Source: Opitutales bacterium (GTDB taxonomy: Bacteria > Verrucomicrobiota > Verrucomicrobiia > Opitutales > T3Sed10-336). Taken from it: a DNA stretch of 64,000 nucleotides. The stretch's first letter is position 1. Each line of letters opens with the position of its first letter. The notes beneath the pieces were generated by a model. The model did no database searches and was not told where the DNA came from. It worked only from the letters and a program-made list of their open reading frames with translations. The DNA lies in NCBI GenBank assembly GCA_022565335.1, contig JAIUMY010000004.1:809-64808 (forward strand), read 5' to 3'. The position numbers were made by a program, and so were the translations under genes. Positions 57,695 through 64,000 of this stretch are shown one piece after another.

Positions 57695-58495
57695 TTATTC
57701 CATCCGAAACGGCAACGTGGGACGCAGGGTCTCGTTGGTCGGCACCCGCCCAACAGTCGGTAAAGACAACATGGCCTGCCTCACGGAGCGGTCAAAAGCC
57801 TCATTCCCGGAGCTGCGGACAATCTCGACATTGGAAATTTGCCCGCCCGCCGAAACCGTAAAACGTATCCGCGTTTCCAGTCCGGGAGGGAAATTAGGGG
57901 AACTCGCCAGCCATTGCCGATAGATTGCCGCATGCAAGCGGTCAAAATACCGTTGCAGCTCATCTCGCTGGGCTTCCGTATGGGGACGTGGCGAAGATTC
58001 CTCAACCCGTTCCAGAGTGTGCTCTTCGATCCGCGGGCTGGGTGCCCGGATGACTTGTCTTTCAATTTCTCGCCGCTCTGTCCTCTGGGGCCTTGGTTGC
58101 CGTTGCGGCCTAGGTTCCCCATGCTCCCGCTGAAAGTCTTCTATACTCATCCTCTGGGGTCGTTCCGGCTCGGGTTCAGGCTCTGGCTGGGGCTCCGGGT
58201 CCGGGCGAACGGCACGACGCTCACGCTCTCGACTTACCGGAATAGGAACCTCATCCAGGTTCCCTAAATCAGGAACCTCAAAAGAGGGGCGTATCCTTTC
58301 GGCAGAGGCCTCTGGTTCTTGAAAGGTTTCTTCCGGGAGGCTCTCCTCTGGAGGGGAAGGAGGCTGTACCACTTCAAAAACAAACGGTTCCTCGGGCTCT
58401 TCGGTCTGGAACCAATACAAAAAGGAGAATCCGAAGAAGAACAAAATGTGTATGGCAATCGCGGCCCCCAAGGCTTGTTTGTCCTGTTTTCTCAT
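57695..58495 (-). CDS. tonB: TonB-family energy transducer
   Basis: N-terminal TM segment, a Pro/Glu-rich spacer (PEPQPEPEPEPERP), and a C-terminal TonB_C-like RFTVSAGGQISNVEIVRSSGNEAFDRSVRQAM. Confidence 0.75.
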   Translation of the reverse strand: MRKQDKQALGAAIAIHILFFFGFSFLYWFQTEEPEEPFVFEVVQPPSPPEESLPEETFQEPEASAERIRPSFEVPDLGNLDEVPIPVSRERERRAVRPDPEPQPEPEPEPERPQRMSIEDFQREHGEPRPQRQPRPQRTERREIERQVIRAPSPRIEEHTLERVEESSPRPHTEAQRDELQRYFDRLHAAIYRQWLASSPNFPPGLETRIRFTVSAGGQISNVEIVRSSGNEAFDRSVRQAMLSLPTVGRVPTNETLRPTLPFRME

Positions 58496-58507
58496 CCTGA
58501 TAAAACC

Positions 58508-58930
58508 CTACTCTAAACCGACCTGCGTGTCGAGGCTGATCCTTCGCAGACCGACGTCCTGGATCAACGAAAGCAAATCGATCACCTCCTGATAACTGGC
58601 CAACCCCGAAGCCCTTACATTCAACACGGTCCCGTCCTCACGGTCCCGCAAAGCCACCAACCGTTCCCTCATTTCACTTCGATCAATCCGCTGATCCCCC
58701 CAAAAATAGGACCCACCCTCAACCCCAACGGCCTGAAATTGCACTTCCGTCGTACGCTGGGCGTCGTCCCTTGGATCTTCCACCGGAAGTTCCAAGGGTA
58801 TCGTCTGCTCCAACAATGGCGTGGTGATCATAAAAATGATCAATAACGAAAAGGCCAAATCAATCAGCGGGGTGATATTTGGCTCCGCCAGCGCGTCCAG
58901 TCGCTCACTTCGCTTAAAGGTCCTCGCCAT
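58508..58930 (-). CDS. exbD: ExbD/TolR biopolymer transport protein
   Basis: Contains NITPLIDLAFSLLIIFMITTP. The start is ATG 58930. Confidence 0.85.
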   Translation of the reverse strand: MARTFKRSERLDALAEPNITPLIDLAFSLLIIFMITTPLLEQTIPLELPVEDPRDDAQRTTEVQFQAVGVEGGSYFWGDQRIDRSEMRERLVALRDREDGTVLNVRASGLASYQEVIDLLSLIQDVGLRRISLDTQVGLE

Positions 58931-59657
58931 GTTGCTGTTGGTATTCCAATTCGATCCGATCCGCCAAATGACTGGCAAAGTTTTCCAGATCGGTAATCAT
59001 CGCGCGATTCTTTCCCAGAAGAAGATTGTATCCGAAAACACTGGGGATCGCCACCACCAAACCCGCCACCGTGGTGAGCAAAGCCCCCGACACCCCGGGA
59101 GCCAACATCTGGAGGGTCACGTTTGCACTGAGAGCCACCGATCCAAAAGCATCCATAACCCCCCAAACGGTACCCAAGAGACCCAGAAAAGGCGCTCCGG
59201 TAACGATACTGGCCAAAGGCACCATCCTACTTTCATAGTAACGGGCCGAGTTGGCCACCGCTCGTTGAATGGCATTCTCCATTTGGCTCACGCGCAGGTT
59301 TTCCGTATCCCGACCAGCGGCGGCCGTCGACGTTGGCTGATCGGCATAATGGAAGGCTTGCAGAGCATCCTTGTACAATTGGCCAAAGGGAACCCCGGCC
59401 AGAACTTTTACCCCCCCCTGTAAAATAGTGGACTCTTTGGACAAACGTCTCTCGAAGGTCTTATTCAGATTGTCCAACTTGGTCAATTCAATGAATTTCC
59501 CCACCATCACTGTCCAGGCAACAATACTGATGAGCCCAAGGATGAGGACAATGATCTTACCAGCAAGGTTTGAATTGGCAAAATAGGTAAAAATGCCCCC
59601 GCTGGCTTCCCCTAAGAGGAGCGGAAATTCCGTGGAGATGAGTAGATCAAAAAACAT
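58914..59657 (-). CDS. exbB: MotA/TolQ/ExbB proton-channel protein
   Basis: Contains APFLGLLGTVWGVMDAF...GALLTTVAGLVVAIP. Confidence 0.85.
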   Translation of the reverse strand: MFFDLLISTEFPLLLGEASGGIFTYFANSNLAGKIIVLILGLISIVAWTVMVGKFIELTKLDNLNKTFERRLSKESTILQGGVKVLAGVPFGQLYKDALQAFHYADQPTSTAAAGRDTENLRVSQMENAIQRAVANSARYYESRMVPLASIVTGAPFLGLLGTVWGVMDAFGSVALSANVTLQMLAPGVSGALLTTVAGLVVAIPSVFGYNLLLGKNRAMITDLENFASHLADRIELEYQQQHGEDL

Positions 59658-59725
59658 GAGAAGAAAGTTTTACTAGCAATTGGGTCACAACCTAAAAGCA
59701 TTGGTTCCTTGGTGGCCAACCTTTT

Positions 59726-60529
59726 TCAGAAAAAAGCCAATTGCTCCGGAGAGGCAGGTTCTTCGACCGGCAGAATTTTCCGCAAAAACGATTGTCGATG
59801 AAACCGCGAAGGCCCCCTTTCCTGTAGGATGGCACGATGAACCGCGGAGCCATACCCCTTGTGCGAGGCGAACGAATAACCGGGACATTCCTCATCAAGG
59901 TCCACCATCATTTGGTCACGGGTGACCTTCGCGAAAACCGAGGCCAACCCAATCGCCAGGCTTTTGGCATCGCCTTGAACGACCCCGTCATGGGGCCAGG
60001 GAAAAGGCCTCAATGGTCGCCCGTCGATGAGTAGGCGCCAGGTTTTCTGAGATTTGGGCCTCAAATCCACCAACAACTCCCCGGTGTTCTTTCCGTTGGA
60101 GGGAGTTTCATTGACCACCGTCCACTCTTTTACCGGATCAAGCTCTTTGAGAATTTCCCGTATAGCCCGCTCCATGGCCAGACGGGTCGCCCCCAATACA
60201 TTGTAGTTCTCCACCTCGGAAACCGTCGCCACCCCCAACGAACGGGGCAATTGCGGAAATTTGTTCTCCCACAATTCCATCACTTTCCGGCGCCGCACCG
60301 GGCTTAATTGCTTCGAATCGCCCGCCATCGATCCCAGGGAATAAACTCTCTTCCCACGCAAATGCGGCCCCGTCAACAAAACCGCCCCCGCAACCACGGG
60401 GCCCGCCAAAGCGCCCCGACCTACCTCATCCACCCCAATCACAGCATCAATGCCTCGCCCCAAACGTCGGTCAAAAGAAAGATTTTCGGGGATGCCACGG
60501 CGGAGTAAGTTTTTACCATTTGCAGGCAT
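59726..60529 (-). CDS. rnhB: Ribonuclease HII
   Basis: Contains GVDEVGRGALAGPVVAGAV and DSKQLS. Confidence 0.9.
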   Translation of the reverse strand: MPANGKNLLRRGIPENLSFDRRLGRGIDAVIGVDEVGRGALAGPVVAGAVLLTGPHLRGKRVYSLGSMAGDSKQLSPVRRRKVMELWENKFPQLPRSLGVATVSEVENYNVLGATRLAMERAIREILKELDPVKEWTVVNETPSNGKNTGELLVDLRPKSQKTWRLLIDGRPLRPFPWPHDGVVQGDAKSLAIGLASVFAKVTRDQMMVDLDEECPGYSFASHKGYGSAVHRAILQERGPSRFHRQSFLRKILPVEEPASPEQLAFF

Positions 60530-60620
60530 AGAAAGACCCTAAAGCCAAAGTTTCCCCAGGAAAAGATTTTTTCTTGTTGACCTTAAGGTTCGATTTTCTT
60601 TAGCTAGCAACTTCCCAAAC

Positions 60621-60696
60621 GGGGACGTAGCTCAGTTGGAAGAGCGCCACAATGGCATTGTGGAGGTCGTCGGTTCGATCCCGATCGTCTCCACCA
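60621..60696 (+). tRNA. tRNA-Ala (anticodon GGC), CCA encoded
   Basis: Acceptor GGGGACG/CGTCTCC with the G3:U70 Ala identity pair. Anticodon arm CCACA-ATGGCAT-TGTGG. T-arm GTCGG-TTCGATC-CCGAT. Confidence 0.9.
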
Positions 60697-60729
60697 TCTT
60701 TTATTTAAAGCAAAGGTGGTTTTTTTATT

Positions 60730-61860
60730 TTATGCGCCTTCGGGACGAGAAGCCCGGGCAAAATAGATCAGGCCGACCAGAGTTAAGGCAACTACGGGGA
60801 TCCATGCCGCATAAACACCGGGAACCCATCCCCGGTCACCCAAGTATTGGAAAAGATTGAGCAAGATATAAAAAACCCCAAAAAGAACGACCGACTTGGT
60901 TACCCCCACCAGCGGGTTCTTCCTGACTCCCGAAATCGAAAAGGGAATTGCAATGGCCACCACCATCAAACAAATCAAAGTGCTTGCCCACCGCCCATGG
61001 TAGCGAACTTCATAAAGCAAGCCCTGCGGATCATCCTCATCAGGGAAAAGGGTCCGCACCTTGTAAAGTTGATGGACCGAGAGATCCTTCGGTCTGGAAG
61101 CCAGCAAAATCATCATCGTAGGGGACTCCTTTTCCGCGGATAGCGTGAGAGTCGCCATCGGGGCAGAGCGCAAAACCTCTCCCGTCATAGGATTTAACTG
61201 GGTTTCGCGCAAGTCCGTCAAATGCCATTGCCTGGTCCGGTAATCATAGGATCCTTCCCTCGCCACCAGGGTTCGCAAACGACCCTCTTCACGTGGACCG
61301 ACCCAGCCTTGCACCCGTACCCCACGGGCAATTTGCCTTTCAGGGTAATAATAATCGACAAACCAGAACCGGTCCTCAGCTTTGTTTCGCAAAGTCAGGT
61401 GCCGAACCACTTCCTCCTCCTCAACCGCCCTCCTCGTCTGATCCCGATCCCTCATTTCATCAAGGATTAACTGCGAGCGTACTTCCGCACGGGGAATCAC
61501 CTCGGTGTTCAGATACAACAAAAGCCCCGAAAAAATTGCCCCCATCAACCAGAAACTCCAGGTGAGTCGCCACAGACTTAAGCCCGCACAACGCAATGCC
61601 GTCAACTCATGGTTTCTCTGCCAGCGACCAAGAACATACAACAGGGAAAGTAAAATCGCCAACGGCAGCACAATTGGCAAAAAGACGGGAAAACGTAATA
61701 AATAATACCAAAGAACCACTCCGCCATCTACGCGATACGCCACAAAATCCCCGAAATTGTTGTACAAATCATCGAGGATCAGCAAGCCGGTTGACACCAC
61801 GATCATCATCACGAAGACCTTGGCCCACTCGGCAAATAAATATCGGTCCAACAATCTCAT
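60730..61860 (-). CDS. LptF/LptG (YjgP/YjgQ) family LPS export permease
   Basis: N-terminal MRLLDRYLFAEWAKVFVMMIVV, 6 TM segments with a central periplasmic domain. Confidence 0.85.
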   Translation of the reverse strand: MRLLDRYLFAEWAKVFVMMIVVSTGLLILDDLYNNFGDFVAYRVDGGVVLWYYLLRFPVFLPIVLPLAILLSLLYVLGRWQRNHELTALRCAGLSLWRLTWSFWLMGAIFSGLLLYLNTEVIPRAEVRSQLILDEMRDRDQTRRAVEEEEVVRHLTLRNKAEDRFWFVDYYYPERQIARGVRVQGWVGPREEGRLRTLVAREGSYDYRTRQWHLTDLRETQLNPMTGEVLRSAPMATLTLSAEKESPTMMILLASRPKDLSVHQLYKVRTLFPDEDDPQGLLYEVRYHGRWASTLICLMVVAIAIPFSISGVRKNPLVGVTKSVVLFGVFYILLNLFQYLGDRGWVPGVYAAWIPVVALTLVGLIYFARASRPEGA

Positions 61861-62498
61861 TAACTTCCCCGGGCCTCCTTCTCACTCTCTTGGAGAATCT
61901 TCTTTTGCAACCATTGCACCATTTCCTGCATGGCCCGGGCACGATGACTAATCCGCTCTTTTACCTCGTTCCCCAAAACCGCAAAGCTTTCCTTATAACC
62001 CTTGGGTATAAAAAGAGGGTCATACCCGAACCCTTCCTCTCCAGTCTCCGCCAAAGCAATCTCACCGGAGCAAGACCCCATGAAAAGCTGACTTTCTTCA
62101 CGGGGAGATAGCAAAACAAGGCAACAATGGAAGGCCGCCTCTCTCTCGGAACCACTCATCTCCTCCATCTCTTGAAGTAGCTTTTTTCGATTTTCAGTAT
62201 CTGAGGCCCCCTCGCCAGCAAACCTCGCACTCCGAACTCCGGGTTTTCCTCCCAACCCTTTGACCCGAAGACCACTGTCATCCGCCAAAACCCACGCATC
62301 GGAAGGTAGCTTTACTTTTAAAGCAATCGCCTTGCGCAGAGCATTTCCCGTAAAGTTCGGCTCACATTCGTCCACCGCCGGCATACCTCCAACAGCCTCC
62401 GGCGAAAAAACTTCAATGGGCAAATTCGCTTTCCGCAAAATCTGCTCCAGTTCTTCTTTTTTGTGTCTATTCGCGGTTGCCAAATAAAGCTTCATCAA
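61860..62498 (-). CDS. rdgB: RdgB/HAM1 non-canonical purine NTP pyrophosphatase
   Basis: MKLYLATANRHKKEEL...FGYDPLF...HRARA. TAATG overlap with the next gene. Confidence 0.9.
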   Translation of the reverse strand: MMKLYLATANRHKKEELEQILRKANLPIEVFSPEAVGGMPAVDECEPNFTGNALRKAIALKVKLPSDAWVLADDSGLRVKGLGGKPGVRSARFAGEGASDTENRKKLLQEMEEMSGSEREAAFHCCLVLLSPREESQLFMGSCSGEIALAETGEEGFGYDPLFIPKGYKESFAVLGNEVKERISHRARAMQEMVQWLQKKILQESEKEARGS

Positions 62499-63636
62499 TC
62501 TGCATTCTCTCAGGGTACTCCAGGTAACCTCGCACCAAGGCGTCCTGGTCGAAGGACTCTCGGCGAAGATTTCGAAGCCTTAAAATGTCTTCCAGACTCT
62601 CCGTGCGCAAGCCTCGAAAAACACTTCGGGCTTTTCGGTCCGCGAAAAAGACCGGCGCTTGATAAACAAACATATAATCAACCCCCCGCTCTTCCATAAA
62701 CCCACTCAACAACGTCGGTCCCCCTTCGAGATAAATCCCCTCTATACCTTCCGCCCGACAGCGCTCACGAAGGGCCTGCACTCCAATTCTGGTTTGCGGA
62801 CCAGGCAAGCACCAGACCCGCAGACCCTGATTTTCAAGCTGTCGAACATACCCCATCCCCGCGCTTTCTGTCGTTACGATAATTGTCCGATCCCGGTATT
62901 CGTCTTCAAATAGCTTTGGCCTGCGAGAGGATCGCACACTTCGCAACATCCCATCCATCACCATGCGCCAAGGACACCATTCCTCGTCCTCACACCGACT
63001 GGTCAAAAGAGGGTCATCCTGTAAAAGAGTATCCACGCCCACCGCAATCGCGGGAAACAGGCGACGCCAACGCATCACATCCTTTCTCGCCTCGCCTCCG
63101 GTTATCCAGCGCGATAAATTATTTCGTGTGGCGATTTTCCCATCGAGCGAAATAGCCACCTTACCGGCAATCAAGGGCGTTTTTTGACTGATCCAATGAT
63201 TGAAAATCATATTCAGATCCCGGCAATCCTCCTCACAAACCCCGGTAACGACTTCAATTCCCGCCGCCCGCAAAATTTCTACTCCCCGGCCATTATGATC
63301 GGGGTTCGGGTCCATCGCGCCAACCACCACCTTCTTAAGTCCCGCCGATTTGATTGCCTCTGTACAAGCCCCGGTTCTCCCCGCCGTGGAACAAGGCTCC
63401 AACGTAACATAAAGAATCGTATCCTTGCTCACCGGATGAAGAACTTTCTGCAAAACTTCGATTTCCGCATGAGGCTCTCCCGAAGCACGGTGATAGCCCT
63501 CCGCGATAACCTCGCCATTCTCGACCAAAACCGCACCGACCATGGGATTCGGATGGGTTTTTCCCCAAGCCTTGGAAGCCAACTCCAAGGCTCGGGTCAT
63601 GAACTTTTCGTTGGGATTAACTGGGGTATTTGACAT
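62467..63636 (-). CDS. ribD: Bifunctional riboflavin biosynthesis deaminase/reductase
   Basis: Deaminase zinc motifs HAEIEVL and TLEPCSTAGRTGAC; C-terminal RibD_C reductase domain. Confidence 0.95.
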   Translation of the reverse strand: MSNTPVNPNEKFMTRALELASKAWGKTHPNPMVGAVLVENGEVIAEGYHRASGEPHAEIEVLQKVLHPVSKDTILYVTLEPCSTAGRTGACTEAIKSAGLKKVVVGAMDPNPDHNGRGVEILRAAGIEVVTGVCEEDCRDLNMIFNHWISQKTPLIAGKVAISLDGKIATRNNLSRWITGGEARKDVMRWRRLFPAIAVGVDTLLQDDPLLTSRCEDEEWCPWRMVMDGMLRSVRSSRRPKLFEDEYRDRTIIVTTESAGMGYVRQLENQGLRVWCLPGPQTRIGVQALRERCRAEGIEGIYLEGGPTLLSGFMEERGVDYMFVYQAPVFFADRKARSVFRGLRTESLEDILRLRNLRRESFDQDALVRGYLEYPERMQIDEALFGNRE

Positions 63637-63644
63637 AAATCTTA

Positions 63645-64000
63645 CTAAAAAAAGGGGTTCTGAGATTTTTCCTGACCGATCGTCGTCTCGGGGCCGTGCC
63701 CTGGATAGACAACCGTCGCGTCAGGCAAAGAGAACAATTTCTCTTTTATCGAACGCAATAACAAAGGGCCATCACCATTTGGAAGATCATACCGTCCAAT
63801 GCTTCCGCAAAACAAGGCATCCCCTCCAAAAACAACCTCTTTATCCGCAAACCAAAAGGCAATATTGCCAGGTGCGTGGCCCGGCACATGCAAAACCCTG
63901 GCCTTACCGATGGAAAGATCCAGCATTTCTCCGTCTTGCACCCAATGATCTACCTTCCCCGGCACCAGATCAACGGGGAACGGTAGGAATGAAGCCATCA
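63645..64000 (-). CDS. MBL-fold metallo-hydrolase (glyoxalase II-like); N-terminus outside the window
   Basis: C-terminal half only: LHVPGHAPGNIAFW...GDALFCGSIGRYDLPNGD...VYPGHGPETTIGQEK. The HxHxDH motif would lie beyond nt 64000. Confidence 0.75.
   Translation of the reverse strand, partial: MASFLPFPVDLVPGKVDHWVQDGEMLDLSIGKARVLHVPGHAPGNIAFWFADKEVVFGGDALFCGSIGRYDLPNGDGPLLLRSIKEKLFSLPDATVVYPGHGPETTIGQEKSQNPFF

Noticed and set aside
58050-58260. Pro/Glu-rich (PEPQPEPEPEPE) repeat region as a possible unusual tandem repeat.
   Set aside because: This is the normal proline-rich periplasmic spacer of TonB proteins.
60691-60727. Hairpin CCACC...GGTGG plus a T-run after tRNA-Ala as an intrinsic terminator.
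   Set aside because: The stem is only 5 bp with a 19-nt loop, and it uses the tRNA 3' end itself. The evidence is too weak to list as a feature.

Overview
The window reads as a chromosomal, mostly housekeeping segment of a moderately GC-rich bacterium. Gene content suggests the PVC group (Verrucomicrobia/Opitutae-like), but that is inference only because no database search was possible. I can support about 55 protein-coding genes. They include argC, rpsI-rplM, leuCD, folD, acpS-pdxJ, msrA, panE, gatB, dnaE, eno, an Opp/Dpp-type ABC importer, a SEDS protein, RNase E/G, SOD, tonB-exbD-exbB, rnhB, lptF/G, rdgB and ribD. There are two tRNAs (Arg-CCG, Ala-GGC) and several clear intrinsic terminators. 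I see no integrase, DDE transposase, phage, cas or recognisable defence genes, so there is no convincing mobile island and no convincing new multi-gene system. The non-routine items are listed here. (1) A 9.3-kb gene encodes a 3100-aa secreted S8 subtilase fused to about 20 adhesin or glycan-binding modules, including a eukaryote-type NIDO-like module. It sits divergent from a XylR/AraC-type regulator, with a direct-repeat candidate operator between them. (2) A plant/cyanobacterial-type sucrose synthase lies next to LmbE-deacetylase, UDP-sugar-epimerase and PfkB-kinase genes. (3) A short paired intergenic repeat (CGTCAATAGTCWAG...) recurs at three unlinked loci. (4) Two perfect 38-nt repeats plus a degenerate third have CRISPR-like spacing but no cas genes. 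(5) A roughly 370-nt hairpin-rich non-coding gap could not be matched to any known RNA family. (6) One protein combines a transposase-type HTH, an AT-hook and a poly-lysine tail. (7) A frameshifted AbrB-type antitoxin remnant is present. All domain calls rest on motif recognition by eye. Coordinates of starts are best guesses where noted.
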